Below are positions 1 through 13,359 of a stretch of 64,000 bases of DNA, piece after piece. Each line of letters opens with the position of its first letter. Position 1 is the first letter of the stretch. Source of the DNA: Raja brachyura (lineage: Eukaryota); assembly GCA_963514005.1 (NCBI GenBank), contig OY740786.1:37882001-37946000 (forward strand), given 5' to 3'. A program made the translations under genes and the position numbers. The notes beneath the pieces were generated by a model. It worked only from the letters and a program-made list of their open reading frames with translations, was not told where the DNA came from and searched no databases.

Positions 1-358
1 ACAAGCTAGATGCTGGAAGATTGTTCCCGATGTTGGGGGAGTCCAGAACAAGGGGTCACAGTCTAAGGATAAGGGGGAATTCCTTTAGGACCGAGATGAG
101 GAAAACATTCTTTACACAGAGAGTGGTGAGTCTCTGGAATTCTCTGCCACAGAAGGTAGTTGAGGCCTGTTCATTGGCTATATTTAAGAGGGCATTAGAT
201 GTGGCACTTGTGGCTAAAGGGATCAGGGGGTATGGAGAGAAGGCAGGTACGGGATACTGAGTTGAATGATCAGCCATGATCACATTGAATGGCGGTGCAG
301 GCTCGAAGGGCCGAATGGCCTACTCCTGCACCTATATTTCTATGTTTCTATGTTTCTA
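1..358 (+). mobile_element. CR1/HER1-type LINE 3' end
   Basis: ORF 21-260 gives the CR1 ORF2 C-terminus (SRTRGHSL..FFTQRVVSLWNSLP). It is followed by the 3'UTR motif GAAGGGCCGAATGGCCTACTCCTG and a (TATGTTTC)n tail. Confidence 0.9.
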
Positions 359-454
359 AAATCTTTTATAAAATTTGTTACTAAACCCGTCTGGTCCTGG
401 TGTTTTGCCATTCTTCAATGAATTGATTGTCTCTTCTATTTCTTTAATTGAAAT
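359..454 (-). mobile_element. Small L1/Tx1-type ORF2 fragment
   Basis: The reverse complement translates to ISIKEIEETINSLKNGKTPGPDGFSNKFYKRF, containing the K(T/S)PGPDGF pre-RT motif of L1-clade elements. Confidence 0.7.
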
Positions 455-804
455 CATGAATATCAAACTCTATATCACCCTAGACCATTGCCCTCTCTAC
501 CACTGAGCCATCATGGCTGTCATAATTGAAATCTACAAATGTACTGTAGCTACCTTCAATTGCTTGAACTCCATCTCCAAGAAGAAAAATGCATATGGAG
601 TACCACTACCGGTAGGTTCTCCTCCATGTTATAAGGCATCCTGAATTGGAAATACGTTTCTATTCCTTCCATATTGTTGGGTCTAGATCTTCCTTACCCA
701 TAAAATGGACATTAACATAGGGACTTAAGCATTCCAAAACAGAACCTGCCACCACCTTCATGGGCAATAAATGATAACCTTGCCAAGAGGATGGAGACCA
801 CCAA

Positions 805-1612
805 CACTTCCAGAAGTGGCGGCGCTGCCCTAGCAGCTGCGGCTTGCCTGCAGTCCATCAGTTTTTTTTCTATTTTTTGGTGTCCTTGTCCTGTTTTAGC
901 TAGTTAATTTATTAGGGTGTGCATGTGTGGGGGGGGGGGGGGGTTGGGAGAAACGTGTCTTAGTCTCTTCCTTCGGGGGGGAATGCGACTTTTCTTGTCG
1001 TATCCCCCATCTGCGTCTGCAGTGAGGCCTAATGGCAGAGCCTCCAACTGCGACCGACCTGAGGCTCCGGAGGTAGAGCCAGCCAGGACTTACCAGCGAG
1101 AGGCTGGCTGACTTCGGGGCTGTGGCTGGTTCAGGCGGTGGTGATGGCCTGACTCGGGGCTGAGGAGGTGTCCTGGTGGCGGCGGCAGTACGACGGCCTG
1201 ACTCGGGGCTGAGGAGGTGTCCCGGCGGTACAGCAGCCCGACCTCGGAGGATCGGCCGCGGGCCCAGCAGACGATATTGTCGGGAGCTCGCAGGACACAA
1301 GTTGGTAACCTGTTTTTCCGGCGCTCCCGCGGCAACAGGTTAGTCCGCTGGACTGAAGGGCCCGTTCGCGGAGCACGGTTGAGCCGCGGGACTTACTTAC
1401 CATCACTCGGTGGGGTCACATCATCGGAAGCCTGGATCGCCTCAGCGCAGAGGGAGAGCAAGGAGGGAAGAGACAAAGACTTAAGACTTTTGCCTTCCAT
1501 CACAGTGAGGAGGTGCCTGGTGAACCCACTGTGGTGGATGTTAATTTGGGTTTATTGTGTGTTTTGTTATTTTTTTAAATGTATGACTGCAAGGCAACAA
1601 AATTTCATTTCA
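805..1612 (+). mobile_element. GC-rich non-coding SINE-like element (family copy 1; 3' end cut by a Penelope fragment)
   Basis: Same layout as 21515-22335 and 50096-50982: a TGGCG head, a T/GT-rich tract, a CpG-rich body with an internal direct repeat (GCCTGACTCGGGGCTGAGGAGGTGTCC x2), the CCTTCCATCACAGTG..CACTGTGGTGGA hairpin and a TGTATGACTG..AAATTTC tail. Confidence 0.65.
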
Positions 1613-2075
1613 AAGGTCGGGTTCGGAATGGGAGGGGGAGTTGAAGTGCTGAGCCACAAGGAGATCAGGTTGGTTAATGCGGACCAAGCGGAGGTGTTCG
1701 GCGAAACGATCGCCAAACCTACGCTTGGCCTCACTGATGTAGATCAGTTGACATCTAGAGCAGTGGATGCAATAGATGAGGTTGGAGGAGGTGCAGTTGA
1801 ACCTCTGTCCCACCTGGAACGAATGCTTGGGTCCTTGAATAGAGTTGAGGGGGGATGTAAAGCAACAAGTGTAGCATCTCCTGTCGTTACAAGGGAAAGT
1901 GCCCGGGGAGGGGGTGGTGCCGGTGGGAAGGGAAGAATTGACCAGGGAGTTATGGAGGGAGCGGTCTTTGCGGAAATTGGCCGGGGGGGGGGGGGGGGGG
2001 GGGAGATGAGAAGATGTGGCGAGTGGTGGGGTCACGTTGAAGGTGCCGAAAATTCCGGCGGACTATTTGTTGTTA
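1613..2075 (-). mobile_element. Penelope-like element fragment (GIY-YIG endonuclease region)
   Basis: ORF 1610-2035: PGTFPCNDRRCYTC..RFNCTSSNLIYCIHCSRCQLIYISEAKRRFGDRFAEHLR, the Cys motif plus GIY-YIG domain of Penelope-like elements. Confidence 0.85.
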
Positions 2076-2659
2076 TAAAAGCCCAATTATTTCTACATTT
2101 AGCCTTCATCCTTACCATTTGGTCATTTGAAGCAGAGTCCTGAATTTTATTATAAATTTATCCCTAAGGTTCAACAATTCAACATTATTATATTTATGTA
2201 TATAAATAAAATCATAACTGTGATGGTATGCAGTTTGTGCCTTTGGTCTTCTGTTATCTTCAGTTCCACAATTGCAGCGAGATCTGAGTTCTCAGGAGTG
2301 TGCTATCACCTTGAAAACTATTAAAACATCATTGAGATTATCGTAAACAGAAATCTAGCTGAGGAGCCCGGTGATACAGACGGGGAAAGGCCTGAAGATG
2401 AAACTTCAAGATTACTTTGTCTGCAATATATTTCTATGATAATATGTAAATAAGATATTTGAGCATGCAATGTAATGACAATATAATTTAGGCACTGTAA
2501 GCTCGATTGTTAGTCTCCAAAAAAGAACATTTTTTTCTGAGATCTCCGATGCCCTCTTCAATCAAACATTAATAGGTAGAAATGAGCTTTGCTATAAGGC
2601 TGCTTACAGGTGAGCTTCAAATACACTATAAGTATTAAAGAGGTAAACAGGTGAAAGCC

Positions 2660-3968
2660 AAATCCAAGACATAGCTATGAGCACTTGCATGGGCCGCAGC
2701 TATGCCTGCCTCTTTGTAGCATACACTAGCCCTATCCCCAGACTCTACCTCCACTACATTGATGACTGCATCGGTGCAACTTCCTGCACCCATGTGGAAC
2801 TCACTGACCATCAACTTCACAACTAATTTCCATCCTGCATTCAAATTAACTTGGACCATTTCTGACATCTCCCTGCCGTTTCTAGATCTTATTGTCTCCA
2901 TCACAGGAGACAGACTATTGACTGACATCTATTACAAACCCACTGACTCCCATAGCTATCTAGACTACACTTCTTCCCAACATGCTTCTAGTACAGACTC
3001 TATCCCCTAATCCCAATTCCTTCGTATACACCTCATCTGCGCCCAGAATGAAATTTTCCATCCCAGATCATCGGAGATGTCCTCATTCTTTAAGGAAAGG
3101 GGGGTTCCCCTCTTCCATTATAGATGAGGCTCTCACTAGGGTCTCCTCAATATCCCGCAGCGCCGCTCTTGCTCCCCCTTCCCCCATTCGTAACAAGGAC
3201 AAAGTCCCCCTTGTCCTCACCTTCCACCCAATCAGCCGTTGCATACTGCATATAATCCTCCAACATTTTTGCCACCTCCAACGGGATCCCACTACTGGCC
3301 ACATCTTCCAACTCCACCCCTTTCAGCTTTTCGCAGAGACCGTTCCCTCCGCAACTCGTCCCTTCCCACTCAAACCACCCCTCCCCCCGGTAGTTTCCCT
3401 TGCAACCGCAGGAGATGCAACACCTGTCCCTTTACTGTCCCCCTCGACTCCGTCCAAGGACCCCAACAGTCTTATCACATGAGGCAGAGGTTCACTTGAT
3501 CTACTGTATCCACTGTTCCAGGTGTCAACTCCCGTATATCGGCGAGACCAAGCGCTGGCTCGGCGATAGTTTCGCTGAACACCTTCGCTCAGTCCGCCTA
3601 AACCTACCTGATCTCCCGGTTGCTCAGCACTTAAAACTCCCCCTCCCATTCCCAATCTGACCTTTCTGTCCTGGGCCTCCTCTATTGTCAGAGTGAGGAC
3701 CAGCGCAAATTGGAGGAACAACATCTCATATTTTGCATGGGCAGCCTACACCACAGCGGTATTAACTTTGACTTCAAGTAGCCCTTGCTTTCCCTCTCTC
3801 ACCATCCCCTCCCCCTTCCCAGTTCTCCCACCACTCTTACTGTCTCTGACTGCTTTTCATCTCTGTACCGCCCACTTGCCTGACATCAGTCTGAAGAAAG
3901 GTCTCGGCCCGAAATGTCACCCATTCCTTCTCTCCAGTGATGCTGCCTGTCCCGCTGAGTTACTCCAA
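2660..3968 (+). mobile_element. Decayed Penelope-like element (RT C-terminus, GIY-YIG, 3' pseudo-LTR)
   Basis: Fragments LPFLDL..TDIYYKPTDSHSYLDY, KVPLVLTFHP, CNRRRCNTC and IYCIHCSRCQLPYIGETKR across frameshifts, then a pyrimidine-rich UTR and the terminal motif GATGCTGCCTGTCCCGCTGAGTTACTCCA. Confidence 0.9.
3891..3918 (+). ncRNA. Degenerate minimal hammerhead ribozyme motif in a Penelope pseudo-LTR
   Basis: CTGAAGA-A-AGGTCTCGGCCC-GAAATGTC matches the CUGANGA..GAAA..NUH core. Stem II is partly mutated. Confidence 0.55.
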
Positions 3969-4429
3969 GGTGAAAGCTAATGACATATTCCTTAAAGATG
4001 AGGTCCAGAGTTTCTGTTACACCTTTTGGGCGGACAGGGTGCAGTTTCTGAGTATCTTTCTTCTGATGTATTAAATAGTAGGAATAGTGTCACTAAAAGC
4101 ATCAGCATTATTGATGACACATTTTGCATTCCATATCTGAGGGGCCAAGATATCAGGAAATAATCCTCTAGACTTAAAAGTTGGATGGGGTCAGTGCTTC
4201 AAAATATGTCTTTATCTATCTCACTGATTATTCAGATTGTCCGAATCATACTTGCAAATCTCAGTGTAAACATTATTTTTCCTTTCTTCCCTTGTTTATC
4301 CTTCCACTCTGATTCTCTTTCACTGCCGTTGTGGGTTTATTCTCTTGTTGAAGCTTGGACAGACTGTAAATTGATGATGAACGCATCTAATTGCAGCAGT
4401 CTCTACAAGGCCTGACTGTCTGTCCTCTT

Positions 4430-5040
4430 CTGCTACCATGTGGCCAAGATTCCAGACTGTGTTTTGCATAGTTTTAGCAGACACTCATTCATCGACTCCA
4501 TGCCTCTTTCATACACTGGCCTGTCTGTCCTTAACCTTCTCCACTGTCATACTGAGGCTAAGCACAAACTAGAAAAGCAGCATCTCACATTTTGCTTGGG
4601 TAGCCAACAGACCGGCATAAACATTGAATTTCAAACCTTCAGGCTACCCCAGTCCCATTTTGGTTCCTTCTCACTTCACACAGCTAACCAAGTTATTTTT
4701 TTCTTTGTTCATCTTTTCAACATCTCTCCCCCTCCAACCCCACCTACCCAAGTTATTTTTTCTTTTGTCATCTTTTCAATCTCTCTCCCCACCGCACCCC
4801 CATGCTACCTAGATTCTTCACCCTCCCCCACCTGTTCCATCTGCCCTTCACCCACATACCATTGTACCAGGGTTTCTTACCCCTTTGTTCAACTTTCCTA
4901 TCCCCTCCCCTGCTGGCTCCATCTGCTTGCCATCCCTCCCTGCTCTGGCTCCACTACCACCCTGTCTCTCCCCTCCCCCAAAGGGCTTTGCCTGTCTGTT
5001 GTTTTTTCTTACTCCAATTTTCTCGCATTCATCCAGTTTC
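4430..5040 (+). mobile_element. Highly degenerate Penelope-like 3' fragment
   Basis: Translates to ..EAKHKLEKQHLTFCLGSQQTGINIEF, the C-terminal motif also seen at about 3700 and 51440. A pyrimidine-rich UTR follows. Confidence 0.6.
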
Positions 5041-5358
5041 ATCCTAAACTGGTTGAGAGTGAGCATATGCATATAATGACAGTATGTGCATGTAACTGGG
5101 AATTAAGGGGTTAGCAAATTGAAATGTTGAGATTTATGAGTAGAGACCGAGTCAAGTGAGCCTCAGTTTTTCCCCTGGAGAAAGGAAAACACCACTGCTT
5201 CTTTGGACCCAATATTCTGAAGGCTTCATTTTGCTTTTGTATCCACTTGTGACTTGTTTCAAAATCAGTCTTGTTCCAGAGAAGTCAGGGAAGCTGAGCC
5301 ATTCTACAAAGAATAAATTCTTTCTTGATTTAGCCAGGGAAAATAGACACACAAAGAA

Positions 5359-5532
5359 AGAAAATTCTCTGCCACAGAAGGCAATGGAGGCCAATTCACT
5401 GGGTGTTTTCAAGAGATAGTTAGATTTAGCTCTTAGGGCTAACTAAATCAAGGGATATTTCGGCGAAAGCAGGAACGGGGTGTTGATTTTGGATGATCAG
5501 CCATGATCATATTGAATGGCCTACTCCTGCAC
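5359..5532 (+). mobile_element. CR1 3' end fragment
   Basis: AATTCTCTGCCACAGAAGG..GATCAGCCATGATCATATTGAATGGCCTACTCCTGCACCT, homologous to 140-358. Confidence 0.8.
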
Positions 5533-8500
5533 CTATTTTTCATGTTTCTATGAAAGACGTAATTATTTCCTGCATTGTGTTATCGCTCTCAAGACCACCC
5601 CTACATATTTTGCAGTCAAAATACATTAGAATGTATTGAAATTGTATTTTAACTACTTGAAAGTCTCAGGCCAGGAAGACAATAGACAATAGACAATAGG
5701 TGCAGGAGTAGGCCATTCGGCCCTTCAAGCCAGCACCTGTTCGAAGATCGATAATTTTTTGTTCAGCGAATGCATGTATTTAACATATAAAAAATAAACA
5801 ATCGCACCCACAACCAGAATTGTTGGTCAGAAGAAGTGGAAGTGTTCTACTTTCTCCAGGAGCAAAACTGGGGCTTTTCTTGACTTGGCCTCTGCCCTTG
5901 GCTCTCACAATGTCATTTTATTAACCCCTCAATCCGCATTTATTTGCACATCCTGTTGTGATATGTTTGTGCTCACTCCACTTATTTTTTGGCTGAAATT
6001 GGATAAACAGAAGAAAATAAGAGCAAGAGTAGTTCACCTGGTCTTTCACTCCTGCCTCACCATTCAATACGATTATGGCAGATGTATAATGTTTAAAGAA
6101 GTCCAGCAAGTTGAAAGGTTATTTTTGGTTTCAACCATTTTACGCTAACTTGCGAATACTTTATCTACTAATTTGTTATTTTGTTTATTTAACAAATAGA
6201 TCCCAGATAACTAAACCTATCGGAACCTAGAGGCAGGCAACTCAAATGCCAAATGACCATCCACATCAGACCAGCAAGTTCTCACATAAAGACTATTGAA
6301 AGTATCTGACTTGATTTTACATTTTCATTGATTTAAGAGCATCGAGCATCCCTCTGCTTCTGAAAGTACCTCATTATTTGTCAAGTTTCCTGGGGTAGTT
6401 TAATATCTAGAAAGGTGTTATCAAAATGCAATCTCTTCATTTTTTTGCCCCTCCTACATTAGCCTTTCCTTCATTTCTTGAGTAGCAACAGCATCTAAGA
6501 TTAAGACTCAAGCAGAACAGCATATGCACCATCTCTTTGTGTAGATTCAATTTAAAACGTACCTTTTAGATGCCATAAATTTCACTAGTGGTGGTTCAGG
6601 GAACCAGATGTACAGATTAAAAATGTTGTGCAATGCATATAAGTAAAATGTGAGAAATGGCTTTACAGTTATGAATTGGAACTATTACTGTAAGTACAGA
6701 GGAAGAGGAGTCAATCAGCATTTTGTAAAATAAGTTGAATTATCATTTGGGACAAAATAATTTGCTGGGCTATGGGGCACTGGGGAATGGGACAAATCAG
6801 ATTACTGTACTGGGAGCTGACAGACTTGATGGACTGAATGGCATGATATGATATGATTTTAAGAGCAGATGTTAATCCATATCATGAATTTGAAACAAGT
6901 TAAGAGAAACTTTTAAATCGGAAATGATGAAGGTGTGGAGAGGAAAAGGTGACGTTGACATTGTTTTCACAACATTGCAGCTATTAGTGAGTTGTGAAAG
7001 ATGTGGACTTTTAAAACTTCCTTCCTTGAATAAAATATTTGGAATTAGTTATACATGTAGGTCATGTCCTGAAGCCTGGAACCACCCAAGATCATCTAAA
7101 TTAGTTGTCAACTGTTATCATTTAAATGTGATCATAAAATCACCTGCATGTATGGACACTCCTATTGTGTCTTCCCATGAACAACTGAGAACAATGAATC
7201 ATTTGATATTCACGGTCAAATACACAGTCAGGGATTCCAAACAGTGTAATACTGTTGATAAGCTGACCTCCAGTAAAACTAATTAAAAGTCCTTGCCATA
7301 CACTGACCCATGACAACTGTTCAATATTTTATCTATTACACCACGGCTTCTGAATATTCATTTGTTGTGTTGCCCATCTCCATTTCCTACCAACATAAAT
7401 AGAAATTGCCAATGTATTTTTGAATTAATGTTTTCTCTCTTTTTTATTAAAGGAGATGCCAGAGAACAATGAAATAACATGTAAATTCTAATCTTCATAA
7501 TTATCAATACCATTTTACAAACTGGAATGGTTTAATTTCTTAATTGACTTTAATTATGCTTGTTACTTTTGTAACAACAGTTGCCTACAACAATTTGTAT
7601 TTGTTGTAAACAAGTCCACCCATCAAAGCATTAAGAACATTGTAAAATGTAATCACAAGATGTCTTAGATTTTTTCTCTCTCTCATAATTCAATGAAAAT
7701 TAATATGTATCAGTAATTAATATAGATGTTTCTATGAATGACTTGACATTCTCCAGTCCATGTTACACAATACTGGGCCTTGATATATTTATTCCCTTCT
7801 GTTTTAACAATAGGCTAATCCTTAGAAAAGAATTCACAATGTGGTAATCAGGCTTTGCACCAGAACAGAAGTGACTGCTGCTGATTGATTTAAAATGGTA
7901 TTGGATCTCACTGTTGTTACTGGATATTTCAATGCTATTGGTCTTCCATGATAGCACTGATAAGAAATACTTGCAGCAGAAACTCCTCCTGAAGAGCAGA
8001 TACAATTTCCAAGACCACAGGGAGCTGAAAGCCATAGTGCTGGATCAGGAACTTTCATAACAGCAAGCAAATTCAGGTCTTATCAGGTTACAGCTCCAGC
8101 AGCTCACATATTTCAGAATGCACATTAGAGCCTGCAAGTCTTGGCTCTGTATGGGGCGCTTAACAAGCAGATAGTTCAGAATGACCTTTCATTGTGGATC
8201 AAATCTTAGTTGTCATGCTATTAAAATGAAACAGGAGATTTCATTTGGTTTCATCTGTTGTTTCTGCGATGGGGACTTTTGGATGGTTCATATAATACTG
8301 CAAAAGCCAAAACCTTGGGCAAAAGTGTCCCACCAGAGTCAAGATCACAGCCAAAGACAGTATGGACACTTCTTTGCACCAATGGTTGTTAAAGGTCTCA
8401 ATTGAAATCAAAGTACTGAAAGCAGTGTAGGCCCTAATAATATTGGTTCAGTAAATATTTAATAAAATGAGCAGTTTAATAAATTGTTTTGCTGATGGTA

Positions 8501-10514
8501 TGTGCTGGGTGTATAGCTTATGGTTACCACAGAAATAAAATTACACGGGCTTATGTTGCTAATTCGTTAACTATTTCAAAGCTTTCTGAACTTACCGGAA
8601 AAAATATATAAACATTTCCATTTAAATGACTTGAAGGAGTTCAGATTGCTAAAATTGGGGATGTACATTGTGTGGCTTTAATTCTCACAACTGTGCTTGT
8701 ATATGTGCAATTTAGTTGTAGAAGGCAAAAAAAGATTTTAAGCATGTTATTACCATAACTGGAATTCTGCCTATTTTCCAAATTTAAATACGGTAACGAT
8801 GTGCTTTATGCTCCCTTACCTACCAGCCCTGCTCAAGAGGCCAATATCATTTCGCACTGGGTGGATAGTATGTCTGTGGAGGGGAGAGGGCATGACATAC
8901 GCAGGTTCTCCTAGACATCACGTTCAGCGGCTATGCTACCATTGTGAGGATCAGCAAGGTGTTTAGCTGTGGCAAACCTCACCTCTCCAAACCTAACCCA
9001 CACTTTACAGACAATAGTCAGAGAACTGCAATGAGAACTTTGAACGATATTTCCCTCATTATAGATCAATTGTGACAGGTGAAGTGTTCCTTCGGTTTAC
9101 TATTCTGCTGAACATGGTTTGGGAATTGAACATTGGACCTTCTGGTTTATATTGCTCAGTTGCAAAAGCAACATGCACTTGCAATCTAGGCCATTATTTT
9201 TATCTTGGAGTCCTTGTCTCTCACCTATAACGTTGCTCTTTTCCTGTTGCAAGCTATACATTTCACAAATGCAAGGGATCCTGCTCCCATTCAGAAATGG
9301 ATCTCTTGAGTTACTGATGGATGGTCAAGGAGGTGGGGAGAGAGCAAATAAAAGCTGGTCTTCAATGATTTAATGAGTTATCTGTGATGCTGGATAAATC
9401 AATAGTGTTGACTTTCTGAGTGGAAAAAGCTTGAACCAAATGTCTTCTCTGGTAGAGATGGCATCAAAGCTCTTGACCCTTTGGGTGTTTATTGTCCAGG
9501 GTTCAACATCCAATTAATGACCTGGAAATGGCATATCCCAACAAAAATCCCAGGTTTTCTTCAAATGCTATTGCATCAGTAGGCCTGAATAAATGGTCAG
9601 CAGCATCCTGAGGAATGTGCCCATAGTGCAACCAAGATTAGCAACATAGGATATGATCACTTGCACTTTTTTTGTTTAGGTTGATTCTTTGTCTCTTTTA
9701 GGTAACCACTATCCTGGACATTGATACCTCCCAAACACAAGGTGGAGATTTTATGCCTCCTTTCCAGCCCTGGTAAAATGCCCAGCATCATTTCTAACAA
9801 TGCTGCGTTTTGATTACATAGCTCTGATACTCCCCCTAAAAAACAAACATGTAATGGAGTAATTCAACGGGTCAGGCAATATCTGTGGAAAACATGGATA
9901 GGTGACATTCAGGTTGAGACTCTTCTTCAGACTGATTGTAGGGGGGAAGGTGGGAGGGTGGTAAGAAAGCTGGAACAGAGGGGAAGGACAAAGCCTGGCA
10001 GTTAACAAGCACCTGCATCTACCTATTGCCTGCTAGATAGGGAACTAACAACCCTCTGAAAAGTTAATTTAGGAATTGGCATGCAGAAAAAACTTGGAAA
10101 AAAAGTTTCCGTGTAACCTTCCTGCAGTGATTAGATGTCATTGTCTATTAAGAACACAGCTGCTACTCTTACCACAGGTTTCCATTGAAATTGACAAGCA
10201 ATCACTTCCAATGACATTTGTGCAATGATATTCTGTTAAGCAATGTAACATATTGCTTAATAGAAAGGAACAGTTACGCACAGGAACAAAAATAAACATA
10301 TTTCTTAAAAAAAGCGTTATTTTTGAAAACCCTGCGTGGAAAAATGACTTTGGTATTGCAAGTCCATAAACCATCTAGCTCCTAACCCTCTATGTCCATT
10401 TGACACAATTGTTTTTATAATGTGATTTTCTATCACAATATTTCTTATGAATACAACTATCGCGTCATACAGAATGATAGGTATTCTGCTGAAGTATTTC
10501 ATCTGGAATAAAGT

Positions 10515-10970
10515 CATAGATTCATAGTTGTAGAAAGATGTAAACACAGAAACAGGCCCTTCTGCCGACAGTCCATGCTGATCTTCAACCAATTATTTAT
10601 ACTAATTAATGGTTCAATAGTATTTTATTGTCACAATGAAACTCCACTTTTCGCACATTTCAATAAAAGTATTTCTATACATAAGCACAATCATGCTTAA
10701 CTACAAGAGTGTAAGAATAGAATAATACTAATCTTAGATTAACACATTTTTTAATCCCCTCATTCTCATCACTCACTCCAACCAACCACTCAACCTACAT
10801 ACCAAGGACAATTTACAGTAGCTAATTAGCCTACACATTTTTGCGACATGGGAGGAAACTGGAGCACCCGGAGGAAACCCACGTAGTCACAGAGAGAACA
10901 TGCAAACTCCACACAGACAGCACATGAGCTCAGGATCAAAATTGGTCTCTAATGCAGTGAGGCTCTGAGA
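10515..10970 (-). mobile_element. HE1-type V-SINE (degenerate, interrupted)
   Basis: 10849-10920 is the reverse complement of the V-SINE core (GTGTGGAGTTTGCATGTTCTC..GTGGGTTTCCTCCGGGTGCTCCAGTTTCCTCCCA). A CR1-like tail lies at 10515-10585. Confidence 0.75.
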
Positions 10971-11949
10971 TGTTTAATGTTTCATTTAGTTCTCTCTCAA
11001 TTCACCTGAACAACCAGATGGGTCGAATATTGCAATAACCAATCTTAAATATAAGACATAAAGATGGGAAGCTAAAAAGAAAACAAAGCACTGGAGGCAT
11101 TGCACCATTGCAGGGAATTGGGAATGATAAATGTTGGAAGATATAGGAGGGGAGAATTCACATCTTGGGATCAGCCAAGCTACTGTCAGAACTATGGTCT
11201 CAAAGCAACAATTTGCAAGTGACACTCTGGAGCAAGATGCGAAGAGAAGCCATGGTGGGCTTCACTATGCAGTGGTGAGAAAGTGCAGGCATGATTAACC
11301 CACAGGGGAAAATAAATGTGGATACAGCATGCACCAGATGGGGTTGCTACTAAGGAGCAGGCACGTGCCGTGAGAAATTACTCAGGGTAGGCACTCAGTC
11401 CGCTTTAAAAAAATGTAAACCGCGCTTACGCAGATTGTTCTCCCCGTTAAATAAATAAATAAATAAAAACAGTGACATTTCAATTTGCCCAAGGCTTCCT
11501 AGTCCAATTGGGGGGACAGTTCCTTCCACAGTGTGTGGAGAGTCTGTGCCAGGGGTAAAGTTGTGGGGAGGGCACAGGTGTTGAGAAGGAGGGTGTCGGG
11601 GATACTGCCAGCGCTGGAAAGGACACAGAGAACATTTACGAGGAAGGTGCCAGGACTAGAGGTTCTGAGCGATATATAAAGGTTGTAGGCTGGACATGTG
11701 AGGAGCAAAGGTGAAAATTGCAATAAAGTACTTATCACAAAGTACTGGAATCTTCACTCCCTCACCGCTGCCGCAGCTCTCCGGGTGCGAAGCCACGGAC
11801 TGTAGCTGGGGATAGAAGCAGCTCGGGGAGCGTCCACCGGGACCCGACAGCTTCTATCAGTAGACAACTCTGAATCCATGTGGGTAATTTGCAGATGACC
11901 CGCGCACCTCAATCTTCTGGATAGTCTTTGATTTACTTATTCTATCCCT

Positions 11950-12126
11950 GAGAGGCCCACAGGAGCCATTGGAAGAGAAGGAGGGGGAGGAGCGACACCC
12001 ACCGGTAAGGTTTAAAATCCAGCGCGGGCTTGTTTTTTCAGAGACCCACAGGAGCCGTTGGAAGAGAAGGAGGGGGAGGAGTGACACCCGACCGGTAAGG
12101 TTTAAAATCCAGCGTGGGGCTTGTTT
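11950..12126 (+). repeat. Two tandem copies of a ~90-bp unit in the CR1 5'UTR
   Basis: CCCACAGGAGCCRTTGGAAGAGAAGGAGGGGGAGGAG..ACCGGTAAGGTTTAAAATCCAGCG..GCTTGTTT starts at about 11955 and again at about 12045. Confidence 0.9.
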
Positions 12127-12307
12127 ACCAAAATCCATAACATTCCATTCGGAGAAGTGGATTTTTTAAAGTTTTTTTTTTAGTTTTTTTTTGAGAAAGC
12201 CGCTGATTGGTGGGAAGGGGACTAGGGTAAGCAGCTGATTGGCCATCAGATTCCAGCTGTTTGTAGTGTATTTTGTGTTGAGATTGTATCCTGTGTAAGG
12301 GGGGAGT

Positions 12308-13225
12308 ATGAAGACCAGGGCAGTGTACTGTCGCGAATGTCAGATGTGGGAAGTCAGGGAAGCTGATAGCCCACCGGACGTCCACATCTGCGCCAGGTGC
12401 GTCGAGATGGGGCTCCTAAAGGACAGTATTAGGAACCTGGAGCAACAGCTCGAGGACCTCCGTCTGGTCAGGGAGAATGAGGCGGTCATAGAGAGGAGTT
12501 ACTGGGAGGTGGTCACTCCTGGACCACAGGAGGCAGTGGGTCACTGTTAGGAAGGGCAAGGGGCAGAGACAGGGACTGGAGAGTACCCCGGTGGCTGTAC
12601 ACCAGGAAAATAGGTACTCATGTTTGAGTTTGATTGGAGCGGACAGCCTTCCTGGGGGCAGCAACAGCGGCCGGATCTCCGGCACAGAGAACGGCCCTGA
12701 TGCTCAGAAGGGTAGCAAAAAGAGGAGGGCAATTGTAATAGGGGACTCCATAGTTAGGGGGTCAGATTGGCGATTCTGTGGACGCAGTCGGGAGAGCCGG
12801 ATGGTATTTGCCTCCCTGGTGCCAGGGTCTCGGATGTGTCGGAACATGTCGAAAAGATTCTGAAAAGGGAGGGAGAGGAGCCTAATGTTGTGGTACACAT
12901 AGGTACCAATGACATAGGCAGAAAAAGAGAAGATGTCCTGAAAGGAAAATTTAGGGAGTTGGGGGGAATGTTAAGGAGAAGGACCAAAAGAGTAACAATT
13001 TCAGGATTACTGCCTGTGCCACGTGACAGTGAAAGTAGAAATGGAATGAGGTGGAGGATAAATGCGTGGCTGAGGGACTGGTGCAGTGGGCAGGGATTCA
13101 AGTTTTTTGATCACTGGGACCTCTTTTGGGGAAGGCATGATCTGTATAAAAAGGACGGGTTGCACTTGAACCCGAGGGGAACCAATATCCTGGCGGGGAG
13201 ATTTGCAAAGGGGACTTTAAACTAG
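12308..13225 (+). pseudogene. CR1 ORF1 (zinc finger/leucine zipper plus SGNH esterase), frameshifted
   Basis: CRECQM..CARC followed by the heptad region IRNLEQQLEDL. SGNH blocks IVIGDSIVRG, VVHIGTNDIG and DGLHLNPRG are spread over three frames. Confidence 0.9.
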
Positions 13226-13359
13226 AAAGGCTGGGGGGAGGGACTTGGGTAAAGGGGGCTAGGGGACGGGGTGAGGGGCAAAAGGCAGAGAAGGGAAGCA
13301 CTCGGACCCAAAATGTAGGCGAGAAAGAGGAATAAGATAATAAACAGAGAATAAGGGAT

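Noticed and set aside
1217-2143. 308-aa ORF as a gene
   Set aside because: It is a chance read-through across a GC-rich SINE-like element and the antisense strand of a Penelope fragment, with no domain signal.
7763-8140. Exon-like open frames in unique sequence
   Set aside because: No recognisable peptide and no convincing pair of splice sites.
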